Positions 1-8,885 of a stretch of 24,000 bases of DNA are shown in pieces. Origin of the DNA: Sediminibacterium sp. (lineage in GTDB: Bacteria; Bacteroidota; Bacteroidia; B-17B0; Aurantibacillaceae); the NCBI GenBank assembly GCA_030054095.1, contig JASGCO010000010.1:102865-126864 (forward strand), read 5' to 3'. Every line of letters starts with the position of its first letter. Position 1 is the first letter of the stretch. The position numbers and the translations under genes were made by a program. Under the pieces are notes generated by a model. That model was not told where the DNA came from. It ran no database searches and saw only the letters and a list, made by a program, of their open reading frames with translations.

Positions 1-755
1 GGAAATCCGCATTAACATTATTGTTTGATGAAATAAGCCGTTTGCAGGATAAGTATGAAGCAGGAACTGTAGTGCTGCGCGATTTTAAAACGGACGACGA
101 TGAGTTGGATAGTTTCTTTGCCGATAATGGATTCTTTAGGGTGCATATGCCAGATAATCATAGTATAAAACCAGATTGGGAAAATGGTGAAGAATATCTG
201 GAACGACTGACAGCGCGTTCTAAACGGCACGTAAAACAAGATATATTGCGCTACTTACCGTCTTATACGGTCGAAATTGTGAAGAATCCGAACGAAGAGG
301 TAATTAAACATTGGTATGAGTTATATCTGAACGTGAAGAATCATAGTCTGGAGTTAAATACGTTTGCGCTCCCTTTTAAACTTTTTAAAAATATTGCCAA
401 ACATCCTAATTGGGAAGTGATGACTTTATCTGTTCCGCAAGAGAACGGAAGAGACACTAAACCGGTAGCGGTATTGTTCAATTACGTAACCCCGACTGTT
501 TATAATTTTATGATGGTAGGCATTGATTATACAATGCGGGATGAGTATAAATGTTACAAGCAGGCACTATATCAGGCAATAATGAGGGGTAAGGCGTTAG
601 GTTGCAATCAAGTGAATCTTGGTTTCTCTGCTTCTTTAGAAAAGCATAAAGTCGGTGCCAAAGCCATTCCAACAGTAGCGTATATGCAAATGAAGGATAA
701 CTATAACATGACGGTAATTGCGAATATGAATGTTTTGGAAAAAGCGGGATTATAA
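1..755 (+). CDS. C-terminal part of a GNAT/FemAB-like acetyltransferase-domain protein; the 5' end is probably outside the window
   Basis: The frame of ORF 21..755 stays open back to nt 3 with no stop, so the TTG at 21 is probably internal. The C-terminal region (VAVLFNYV..MVGIDY..YKQALYQAI..LGCNQVNLGFSA) resembles the acyl-CoA N-acyltransferase fold. Family assigned by eye only. Confidence 0.45.
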   Translation, partial: KSALTLLFDEISRLQDKYEAGTVVLRDFKTDDDELDSFFADNGFFRVHMPDNHSIKPDWENGEEYLERLTARSKRHVKQDILRYLPSYTVEIVKNPNEEVIKHWYELYLNVKNHSLELNTFALPFKLFKNIAKHPNWEVMTLSVPQENGRDTKPVAVLFNYVTPTVYNFMMVGIDYTMRDEYKCYKQALYQAIMRGKALGCNQVNLGFSASLEKHKVGAKAIPTVAYMQMKDNYNMTVIANMNVLEKAGL

Positions 756-873
756 TTGGTGGCTTAATGGAATAACAGAGTAGTGATTCTAATGAAACGA
801 TTTTTACAATTCAACAGGCACAGATGTCATTTACGAGGATAAGATAAAGCAGTTTCTTTTATTTTTGTGAGAG

Positions 874-1701
874 ATGAAAGCTGTTATATGTTTCGCACTG
901 TTACAGGAAGCTCGTCCGTTTATTGAACGGGCCGACTGTAAATTAGTGGTGCAGAAAAAGCAACTGCATTATTTTTCGGGAAACGCAACAGATATACTAG
1001 TGAGTGGAGTAGGCAACCTGAACATGGCTTCTGCTATGGGTTGGTTGTTTGGGCAAAATCCTGAAGAGAAAGCGGTGTGGAACGTAGGAACCTGCGGAGG
1101 AAGCCAGAGCGCAAAACACCAGTGGTACCGCATAATAAAAGTAAACGGGGAAGCAGATGGCCGCGCTTTTTTTCCGGAAGTAATCCGTAAATCCATATTC
1201 CCGTTCCGGGAATTGATAACGCTTCACGCACCGGCTAACAAGATGAAACTGGAACAGGTAGCTCCGGCTTTGTGTGACATGGAGGGCTATGCTTTTTGCC
1301 GGGCGGCACAATCCTTTGTGGTTTCTTCCAGGATACATTTGCTCAAGTGGGTAAGCGATGATGATGGCGGGGCGTTTTATAAATCGGGCGAATGGAAAGC
1401 CCGTTACGCGGAGCAGGTGGATGCCGTTTTAAATGAAATTCTTTCAGAAACAGTATACTTACACGAAAAAGAGCATCAGGTAAGTCCTGACATTTCTATT
1501 TATCTTGAAAGTATAAATAGAAAAGTAACGCTTACATTTACACAAAGAGAACAGTTAAAGAATGCCTTGTTTTACGCAAGGCATTATAAACAGCACACGG
1601 ATCTGCTGGAAGTCATAGAACAATTACCCGCTACATTGGCGGATCGTCATCAGCAAAAAACCGCGTTTATACAATTACTAAAATCCCTTCGCGATGTTTA
1701 A
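874..1701 (+). CDS. Nucleoside phosphorylase / MTA-SAH nucleosidase superfamily (PNP_UDP_1-like) protein
   Basis: 275-aa ORF. VSGVGNLNMASAMGW and CDMEGYAF motifs are typical of the Pfs/phosphorylase-1 fold. Its stop overlaps the next gene's start. Confidence 0.6.
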   Translation: MKAVICFALLQEARPFIERADCKLVVQKKQLHYFSGNATDILVSGVGNLNMASAMGWLFGQNPEEKAVWNVGTCGGSQSAKHQWYRIIKVNGEADGRAFFPEVIRKSIFPFRELITLHAPANKMKLEQVAPALCDMEGYAFCRAAQSFVVSSRIHLLKWVSDDDGGAFYKSGEWKARYAEQVDAVLNEILSETVYLHEKEHQVSPDISIYLESINRKVTLTFTQREQLKNALFYARHYKQHTDLLEVIEQLPATLADRHQQKTAFIQLLKSLRDV

Positions 1702-2683
1702 ACAGGTTGTTTATGTAGAGGAGGAAATACAGGATCACCCGAATACTCAGAGGGTATTGTCTTTTTTTAAGGAGGCGGTGATTGTTTCAATACGGCATTA
1801 TAAAGATGTGTTTAATCAATCAGGGGCAGATTGGCGTGTACAGAAATCAGCGCAAAAGCTTATTCTGGCAAAACGGAGCGATCAGTATTATTACAAGGGA
1901 TCGGATATTACACCCAGTTTTGGATACCGCCATTTTTATTACAATACGTTAGCGTTGAATTGTGTTTACGATTGTTCGTATTGTTACCTGCAGGGCATGT
2001 TTACATCGGCGCACATGGTACTGTTTGTTAATACGAATGATTTTATAACGGCTACCCGGCAGTTGATACAACAGGTAAATGAGCCGGTATATATGGCACT
2101 GTCGTACGATACCGATTTGCTGGCTATTGAAGCGTGGTACCCATACTGCGCGGAGTGGATCGCGTTTAGTAAAACGGAACCTTTGTTAACAATAGAAATA
2201 CGTACCAAGAGTGGAAATATACAATCCTTGTTAAAGCAGGAACCGCATCCGGGTGTGGTGCTGGCGTGGACTCTTTCGCCGGATGAAATTATAATGCAAC
2301 ATGAGCCTTTAACGCCTTCTTTAATGGTGCGCATCAGAGCGTTGCGAAAGGTGCTGGATAAGGGATGGCGGGTAAGGGTGTGTTTAGATCCGGTACTGGC
2401 TGTTCCGGGTTGGAAGGCGTATTATTCAGGAATGATCCGGACACTGGCTACTGAAATTCAGCTCGGGCAACTGGATTCGTTTAGTGTTGGCGTATTCCGG
2501 ATGAACCGGCAGTTTCTTAAAAATATGCAGGGGAGCCGCAGTGATTCGCCGCTTTTGTTTGATAGGTATGTATTGGAGAACGATGTATATTCGTACACGG
2601 ATGATTTGCAGAAGGAGATGTATGGTTTTATTAGGGCGGAACTGGAAACGTATTGTCAGGATTTAAAAATTACCTTTACATAA
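1694..2683 (+). CDS. Radical SAM protein, spore-photoproduct-lyase (SPL/SplB)-like family
   Basis: 329-aa ORF with a CxxxCxxC cluster (CVYDCSYC). The ATG at 1694 overlaps the upstream stop (ATGTTTAA). Confidence 0.7.
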   Translation: MFKQVVYVEEEIQDHPNTQRVLSFFKEAVIVSIRHYKDVFNQSGADWRVQKSAQKLILAKRSDQYYYKGSDITPSFGYRHFYYNTLALNCVYDCSYCYLQGMFTSAHMVLFVNTNDFITATRQLIQQVNEPVYMALSYDTDLLAIEAWYPYCAEWIAFSKTEPLLTIEIRTKSGNIQSLLKQEPHPGVVLAWTLSPDEIIMQHEPLTPSLMVRIRALRKVLDKGWRVRVCLDPVLAVPGWKAYYSGMIRTLATEIQLGQLDSFSVGVFRMNRQFLKNMQGSRSDSPLLFDRYVLENDVYSYTDDLQKEMYGFIRAELETYCQDLKITFT

Positions 2684-2684
2684 C

Positions 2685-3374
2685 ATGGGGCTGAATATTT
2701 TAATAAGTGGTCACACAAGTGGCATAGGTTTAGCGACTTTACAAAGGTTACTGAACAAAGGAGCTGATGTAACCGGTGTTGCCCGACGTAAACTGGATGG
2801 TGTTTTGACCGGTTTAACTCAGATTCAGGCGGATTTATCGGATAAAAAGGACGTGTTGCGTGTTTGTAATAGTCTGGCCCACGAAAGTTTTGACGTGGTG
2901 ATTCTTAATGCCGGGTATAATACTATTAAACCACCCGAAGCTTATACACCGGAAGAAATCATGGATATCTGTACGCTTAATTTTACAGCGCACGCGGCTC
3001 TGCTGCGCGCGTGCTTACCCGGATTGCTGAACCGAAAGGGGAGTGTTATAGGGATAGGGAGTGTATCGGGACTGGAGGTAGAGAAATGGAATAACTACTA
3101 TGGCGCGTCCAAGGCGGGATTTCATCATTTACTGGATAATATGTTTGAACAGTATCGCCGGCAGGATTTACGGGTAACGAGTATAATACCGGATATCGCT
3201 AACACAAATTTCTACCAGCACCAGCAGTTTGAGCCTTCGGTAGAACCAGATACGTTTATAACGCCTGAGGCTATTGCGGAAGTAATTACTGGGTTAATTT
3301 TTGAGCCCCCGGCGTATGTGCCTGCCCAAATTGTCATGCGCCCGCAGCGGTTTGCGCTTAATCGTAAAAAATGA
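2685..3374 (+). CDS. Short-chain dehydrogenase/reductase (SDR) family oxidoreductase
   Basis: 229 aa. N-terminal glycine-rich dinucleotide motif SGHTSGIGLA and catalytic YxxxK (YYGASK). Starts 1 nt after the previous stop. Confidence 0.8.
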   Translation: MGLNILISGHTSGIGLATLQRLLNKGADVTGVARRKLDGVLTGLTQIQADLSDKKDVLRVCNSLAHESFDVVILNAGYNTIKPPEAYTPEEIMDICTLNFTAHAALLRACLPGLLNRKGSVIGIGSVSGLEVEKWNNYYGASKAGFHHLLDNMFEQYRRQDLRVTSIIPDIANTNFYQHQQFEPSVEPDTFITPEAIAEVITGLIFEPPAYVPAQIVMRPQRFALNRKK

Positions 3375-3375
3375 T

Positions 3376-3582
3376 ATGGAACCGGGAATTTACAGGCATT
3401 ATAAAGGAAAATTGTATGAGGTGCTGAATGTGGCGACGCATACAGAAACAGGAGAGCGGTTGGTGGTGTACAAAGCGTTGTATATTTCAGAAGGAGATAA
3501 CTGCTGGGTGAGGCCACTCAGTATGTTTAATGAAATGGTATTGGTGGATGGGGTAAGTATTAAGCGGTTTACAAAAGTATAG
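3376..3582 (+). CDS. DUF1653-family small protein
   Basis: GIYRHYKGKLYEV..THTETGE..VVYKALY is the DUF1653 signature. I chose the internal ATG at 3376 (MEPGIY) rather than track start 3301, which overlaps the SDR gene. Confidence 0.7.
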   Translation: MEPGIYRHYKGKLYEVLNVATHTETGERLVVYKALYISEGDNCWVRPLSMFNEMVLVDGVSIKRFTKV

Positions 3583-3596
3583 GGGTATTTGGTTGG

Positions 3597-3631
3597 CACG
3601 CAAAGATGCAAAGTACGCAAAGCACGCAAAG
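3597..3631. repeat. Four tandem 8-9 nt units (CAC/AT/TAC/CAC)GCAAAG
   Basis: cacgcaaag-atgcaaag-tacgcaaag-cacgcaaag, read directly, immediately after the DUF1653 stop. Confidence 0.8.
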
Positions 3632-3699
3632 GGGAATTGTGTGTTCGGTTAAGTAGATAAATCTGTTTGCGTTTCTTTTATTTTAATCAGCAATTGGTT

Positions 3700-3890
3700 T
3701 TACGCGTTAACCGGCCGAACGACTGTAGCGGCAGCCTTGCGCAGGGTTTTGCGAGTCAGCGCACCGTGGTGGAGGCGACCACCGGAAGCCCCCGCACACG
3801 GATGCGATGCTGCAAAACGCCAGCAAGCTACAGCGTAAGGCGTGGTTTTTAGCGGGGGTTGAGGGCAGGGAAAAACGGCCCCTGTTTTTA
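3700..3890 (+). ncRNA. Candidate structured GC-rich RNA of unknown class, ending in a terminator-like hairpin and T-run
   Basis: Markedly GC-rich island in an AT-leaning intergenic region. Long-range pairs TTACGC(3701)/GCGTAA(3832) and CTGTAGC(3723)/GCTACAG(3827). Internal hairpin GGTGG-AGGCGA-CCACC. CAGGG-AAAAACGGC-CCCTG followed by TTTTT (about 3865-3888). Confidence 0.25.
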
Positions 3891-4076
3891 TAACAGGATA
3901 AACGGGGTTAAAAACTGTTCGTTACTGCACATCAGGTGTTCATTTTCGGACACTGTGCGTTCAGGTGTAATTTTATAAATTATTGATTTTTAGTGTTTTG
4001 TGGTTTTTTTGCTACGTGGCATGACTTTAGCATAACCAATAACAGAAATAAGTAAAACAGTATAATACTACGCATT

Positions 4077-4406
4077 ATGAAAGCAATAAAACACATTATC
4101 ACCGTTTTGGCACTATTAGTTGTATCGGGTCGTTTAATGGCAGGGAACACACCTTCTGCTGTAAATACCTCCGTGCTATCGGTAATAAAAAACAACATTT
4201 CGTACACGCCGGCAAAAAGTGGTGAGGTTAAAAAGGTAACGTTTACATTTACAGTAAACGAATCTGGCAAAGTAAACGCGGTATCGGCAAATGCTGAGAC
4301 TATTCAGGAACGTAAAGAACTGGAAGCGCAGTTTGCAAAGTTGACGTTTAATCATTTAGCACAAGGTGTTACTTACAGTATTGCGGTTAATTTTATTAAT
4401 TATTAA
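4077..4406 (+). CDS. Small secreted hypothetical protein
   Basis: 109 aa. N-terminal signal-peptide-like MKAIKHIITVLALLVVSGRLMAG. No recognisable family. Confidence 0.55.
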   Translation: MKAIKHIITVLALLVVSGRLMAGNTPSAVNTSVLSVIKNNISYTPAKSGEVKKVTFTFTVNESGKVNAVSANAETIQERKELEAQFAKLTFNHLAQGVTYSIAVNFINY

Positions 4407-4443
4407 GTAGAGAACGGACTGTTAACAGGTATAATTTTGCAAC

Positions 4444-5685
4444 ATGGACAGAGTTATTGAAAAGAAGCGGATTGGTAAGAAACAGGTAATTTATATACTT
4501 GGTGGAGTTGGGTTTTTGGTACTGCTGATGTGGGCGTATTCCTTTTCAACAAAGAAAACGGTTCGTGTGGAAAAGGAGAAAGTTATATCGGGTAGTGTAA
4601 CGTTTGGCGATTTTGAAGACGTAATATTGCAGAGCGCGGGCGTAGAGCCGCTTAACAGTGTATATGTAAATTCTTTGCAGGGAGGAGTAGTAGAGCGGAT
4701 TTTTGTGGAAGATGGCGGAACAGTGCAAGAGGGAACGCCTTTACTGAAACTGAATAATCCTAATGTGCAGATGAGTTACCTGAGTCAGCAAACCGGAATT
4801 ATTCAAAACATTAGTCAGTTGCGAAGTATTAAGTTGCAACTGGAAACCAAAGAGCGTGAACTAAAGGAAAATCAGATGGACATGGAGGCCCGGTTAGATA
4901 AAGCACAACGACAGTTTGCCATTGACTCGTCGCTGTATGCCAAGGGCACCATTTCTAAACTGGAATACGATAATTCTGCACGCGAAAATAAACTGCAAGC
5001 CAGCAAACGCACTATCCTGAAGGAAACAATTGATCAGGAGAACCGTAACCGCGCCCGGCAACTGGAAGATATTAATAAATCAATTGGTAGTCTGGAGTCG
5101 CAATTGGAGCTGATTCGGGAGAACTATGAAAACCTTACCATTAAAGCTCCTGTGACCGGACGTTTAAGTAGTTTTGATCCTATCATCGGGAAAAATTATA
5201 GCAGTGGGGAGTTACTCGGTAAAATAGATGTATTAAATGGGTATAAGTTGGTGGCTCAGGTGGATGAGTATTATATTACGCGTTTAAAGGAAGGTCAAAA
5301 AGGCAGAGCAACGTTTAACGGTAAGGAGTTTAATTTACTGGTTAAAAAAGTACTCCCCGAGGTGGTGAAAGGAATGTTTACCGTAGAATTGAAATTTGAA
5401 AACGAAATGCCCGAAAAACTGAGCAGAGGTTTAACCGCGCAGATTAAAATTTCGCTATCGGATAATGTTAAAACCCTTCTGGTTCCGAGAGGGCAGTTTT
5501 TTGAGGCTACCGGTGGCAACTGGATTTTTGTGAAGAAAGGCGACAAAGCATATAAGCGCACAATTAAGGTAGGACGTAAAAATTATCAGAGTTTTGAGGT
5601 GTTGGAAGGACTTGAAAAGAATGAAGAGGTGTTGATTTCAGGCTACGATGGATTAACAGAATACGACGAAATAATAATAGAGTAA
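4444..5685 (+). CDS. HlyD/MacA-family efflux periplasmic adaptor subunit
   Basis: 413 aa. N-terminal TM helix, long coiled-coil segment and C-terminal beta-barrel region typical of membrane-fusion proteins. Lies directly upstream of the ABC ATPase. Confidence 0.8.
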   Translation: MDRVIEKKRIGKKQVIYILGGVGFLVLLMWAYSFSTKKTVRVEKEKVISGSVTFGDFEDVILQSAGVEPLNSVYVNSLQGGVVERIFVEDGGTVQEGTPLLKLNNPNVQMSYLSQQTGIIQNISQLRSIKLQLETKERELKENQMDMEARLDKAQRQFAIDSSLYAKGTISKLEYDNSARENKLQASKRTILKETIDQENRNRARQLEDINKSIGSLESQLELIRENYENLTIKAPVTGRLSSFDPIIGKNYSSGELLGKIDVLNGYKLVAQVDEYYITRLKEGQKGRATFNGKEFNLLVKKVLPEVVKGMFTVELKFENEMPEKLSRGLTAQIKISLSDNVKTLLVPRGQFFEATGGNWIFVKKGDKAYKRTIKVGRKNYQSFEVLEGLEKNEEVLISGYDGLTEYDEIIIE

Positions 5686-5696
5686 TATACCAATAT

Positions 5697-6395
5697 ATGA
5701 TTCAGATTGAACAGTTAAAAAAAGTGTACCGTACCGATGAGGTTGAAACGACAGCGTTAAACAATATTACACTGGATATTAAGGAAGGAGAATTCCTTTC
5801 TATAATGGGGCCTTCGGGATGCGGTAAATCCACCTTGCTAAACATTATCGGTTTATTAGATGACGCGGAAAGCGGATCGTACAAGTTTAACAGTCGTGAA
5901 CTGATAAAGTTGAGTGAAAAGGAGAAATCCGCGTTCCGTAAAGCACATATTGGTTTTGTGTTTCAGAATTTTAATCTGATTGATGAGTTGTCGGTTTTTG
6001 AAAACATAGAGTTGCCATTAATTTACAACGATGTTCCGGGCTCTGAGCGGAAGACACGGGTAAATGAGATTTTGCAACGGATGAATATTATGCATCGTGC
6101 TAAACATTTTCCACAACAGTTATCGGGTGGGCAGCAACAGCGTGTTGCCGTAGCAAGAGCCCTTGTTACAAAGCCCCGCTTAATTTTGGCCGATGAACCT
6201 ACCGGAAATCTGGATAGCAGTAATGGTAACGAAGTAATGGAACTATTGTGTGAACTTAATGAGCAGGGTACAACCATTATTATGGTAACGCATAGTAGCT
6301 ATGATGCTAATTTTTCGAAACGGATTATTCATTTAAAAGACGGGCAGATTATTTCGGAGAAAATGAATAAGGACAATAAAGCCCAGTTAATATAA
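5697..6395 (+). CDS. ABC transporter ATP-binding protein (MacB/LolD-like)
   Basis: Walker A GPSGCGKST, ABC signature LSGGQQQR, Walker B LILADEPT, H-loop VTHS. Confidence 0.95.
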   Translation: MIQIEQLKKVYRTDEVETTALNNITLDIKEGEFLSIMGPSGCGKSTLLNIIGLLDDAESGSYKFNSRELIKLSEKEKSAFRKAHIGFVFQNFNLIDELSVFENIELPLIYNDVPGSERKTRVNEILQRMNIMHRAKHFPQQLSGGQQQRVAVARALVTKPRLILADEPTGNLDSSNGNEVMELLCELNEQGTTIIMVTHSSYDANFSKRIIHLKDGQIISEKMNKDNKAQLI

Positions 6396-6506
6396 ACATT
6401 ACACGATCGGTATTCACCTACTGCCATCCTAAAGCCTGCTTAATTTCTAATTCATGGTGTGCGTAAAATAACAGCAGGCTTGGTATGGCGTAAACAAACT
6501 CTTTAA

Positions 6507-8882
6507 ATGACAGGTATCCATTTTAAAATCGCGATTCGGGCGTTACGGAAAAACAAGATGTATGGCGTAGTCAACATTCTTGGATTAGCTTTCGGATTGG
6601 CTACTTTTATAACTATTTTGTTATTTATTAACCGCGAGTACAGTTATGATACATGGAATCCCAATACGGATCGTTTAGTGAGGGTAAATCTGGGGACCCG
6701 CGACTCTGGTGCTACAGAAGGTGAGATGCGGGCGGTTGCCCCAAGCGAACTTGGCCCCATGTTTAAGGAACAGTTTCCGGAAGTAGAACAGTATGCCCGA
6801 TTTTTCATCTGGGAGATGGACAAAAAACTGTTTAAAAAGACGGATAATACGAAGTTCTACACTGAGAAAGTTTTTGCTACGGATAGTATGTTCTTTGAAC
6901 TTTTTCCGTATGAATTTATTTATGGCTCAAAACAAGGAGCTCTTTTAAAGCCTAATAGTATTGTTCTTGAAGAGTATTTTGCGAAGAAAGTATTCGGGGA
7001 TGTTAATCCGGTTGGGCAGACTTTAAATTACAACGCGCATACCAACCTCGAAATTACGGGAGTGGTACGAATGCCGGAAATACCTCAGCATTTCGATTTT
7101 GACGCGATTAAACGCTTAGAAACGCCACATTCGGAATGGGAAAATCAGAGCTATTATTGTTACGTTTTATTAAGGGCCGGAACGGATGTAGGTGCTTTAG
7201 AAAAGAGAATGTCGGCCTATGTTGACCGATATAAGTACAAGTTGCCTGAACAGGAACGGGAGAAAACTTACAGTATTTATTTAGAAGCTATTCCGGATAT
7301 ACATTTACACGGGGATCCGCATTCACAACTTGGTGCAACTAATGATGAGGCAACGCTTTATATGTTATTTGTGTTTGCGTTGTTGGTATTACTCATCGCT
7401 TGTATAAATTTTACAAACTTGTCCATTGCTCAGTCCAGTGGAAGAGCAAAGGAAGTGGGAGTAAAGAAAGTGCTGGGCATAGGTCGGTTTCAGTTAACGA
7501 GGCATTATATAGGAGAAACGTTTATTCAAGTGATTATCTCATTACTGCTGGCACTGATTCTGGTTGAATTTTTTATTCCCTTTATTAATAGTAATCTCGA
7601 TACCAATTTGTCGTTATTTCATTCCGGAGTATCGTGGCAAATACTATTACAAATTATAGCAATTGTTATTCTGGTGAGTTTTTTGGCAGGACTTTACCCA
7701 TCCATCATCCTTTCCCGGTTTCAGCCTTCGCAGGTGCTTAAAGGCAATTATACGTCGAGTGTAAGCGGCCGTCTGCTGCGAAAGGTATTGATGGTGTTTC
7801 AGTTTACGACAACCTGCATTTTTCTGATTTATTTATTTGTTATTCATAAGCAGTTTAATCACATGAAAGGTTTACCGCTTGGGTTTTCGCCCCAGCAGGT
7901 AATACGTATTAACTCATCGTCAGAAAATTTGCTGAATGGATTTGCCACACTTAAAAAATTGCTACTCGAAATTCCTGAAGTACAGTCTGTGTCCCGCACC
8001 AATTTTGAGCCCGGAAACGGATCTACAATCCATTCGCGTAATGTTACCCGCGATAGTACCGGGGAATGGGTGTTTGAATACGATGGGTTTTATGCAGATG
8101 TAGATTATTTTGAAACGCTTAAAATGAAGTTGGTAGAAGGCCGGTTTTTTGATGGGAAACATAATGATAGTAACGCGGTTGTTATTAATGAGGCGGCGGT
8201 GCGGCAACATAACCTGAAACATCCTATTGGAGAACGTTTTGCTAATGGAACTACTATTATTGGAGTGGTTAACAATCACTATCAGCGTAGTTTAAAAACT
8301 AAAATCGGGCCAATGGCATTCTTTTTCCCGCCAAATAATCACGATGTAAATAACATCGTTATCCGGTTAAATACACAGGATTTTCAGTCAACGCTTAAAA
8401 AGTTGGAGATGGCATGGAATCAGGTGGAGCCTGATTTTCCAATGGATTTTGTCTTTTTAGATCAGTTTTTTGGCAGGCGACTGGAGCGGTATTTAAAAAC
8501 AGAACGGATTTTTTCCGCATTCAGTATGATCACACTTTTGATATCCATAGTCGGATTATTTGCACTGTCGGCGTTTATTATTCATCAACGGAGCAAAGAA
8601 ATATCACTCCGTAAAATTTTGGGTGCCACTGATACAATGATTTTGCGCTTACTGATTAATGATTTTCTGAAATTAATTCTTATTTCGGGTATAATTGCAA
8701 TTCCATGTGCCTATCTGCTTTCCCAACGTTATCTCAGTGATTTTGCAAGCCGTATCGGTATGCCGCCGGAAGCATTTATCATCGTTATTGCAGGCTTGTT
8801 GCTGATATGCATAGTAACAATTCTCTTTCAGGCATACCGTGCCTCGCGTATAAAACCAATAACTGTTTTAAAATACGAATAA
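6507..8882 (+). CDS. ABC transporter permease, FtsX/MacB-type with two FtsX domains (paralogue 1)
   Basis: 791 aa. N-terminal TM plus MacB periplasmic domain, an internal and a C-terminal 4-TM FtsX module, conserved RxKEIGxRKxLGA motifs. Confidence 0.9.
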   Translation: MTGIHFKIAIRALRKNKMYGVVNILGLAFGLATFITILLFINREYSYDTWNPNTDRLVRVNLGTRDSGATEGEMRAVAPSELGPMFKEQFPEVEQYARFFIWEMDKKLFKKTDNTKFYTEKVFATDSMFFELFPYEFIYGSKQGALLKPNSIVLEEYFAKKVFGDVNPVGQTLNYNAHTNLEITGVVRMPEIPQHFDFDAIKRLETPHSEWENQSYYCYVLLRAGTDVGALEKRMSAYVDRYKYKLPEQEREKTYSIYLEAIPDIHLHGDPHSQLGATNDEATLYMLFVFALLVLLIACINFTNLSIAQSSGRAKEVGVKKVLGIGRFQLTRHYIGETFIQVIISLLLALILVEFFIPFINSNLDTNLSLFHSGVSWQILLQIIAIVILVSFLAGLYPSIILSRFQPSQVLKGNYTSSVSGRLLRKVLMVFQFTTTCIFLIYLFVIHKQFNHMKGLPLGFSPQQVIRINSSSENLLNGFATLKKLLLEIPEVQSVSRTNFEPGNGSTIHSRNVTRDSTGEWVFEYDGFYADVDYFETLKMKLVEGRFFDGKHNDSNAVVINEAAVRQHNLKHPIGERFANGTTIIGVVNNHYQRSLKTKIGPMAFFFPPNNHDVNNIVIRLNTQDFQSTLKKLEMAWNQVEPDFPMDFVFLDQFFGRRLERYLKTERIFSAFSMITLLISIVGLFALSAFIIHQRSKEISLRKILGATDTMILRLLINDFLKLILISGIIAIPCAYLLSQRYLSDFASRIGMPPEAFIIVIAGLLLICIVTILFQAYRASRIKPITVLKYE

Positions 8883-8885
8883 CAA

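Noticed and set aside
3667-3852. 61-aa ORF in the GC-rich island
   Set aside because: The translation is Arg/Cys/Ser-rich with no start context. The segment has extensive self-complementarity and is more consistent with RNA structure than with a peptide.
3700-3890. Cobalamin riboswitch
   Set aside because: A CCCCCGCAC stretch and an AGTCAG element faintly recall the B12 riboswitch core and B12 box. However, they are in the wrong order, and the downstream genes are not cobalamin-related. Not called.
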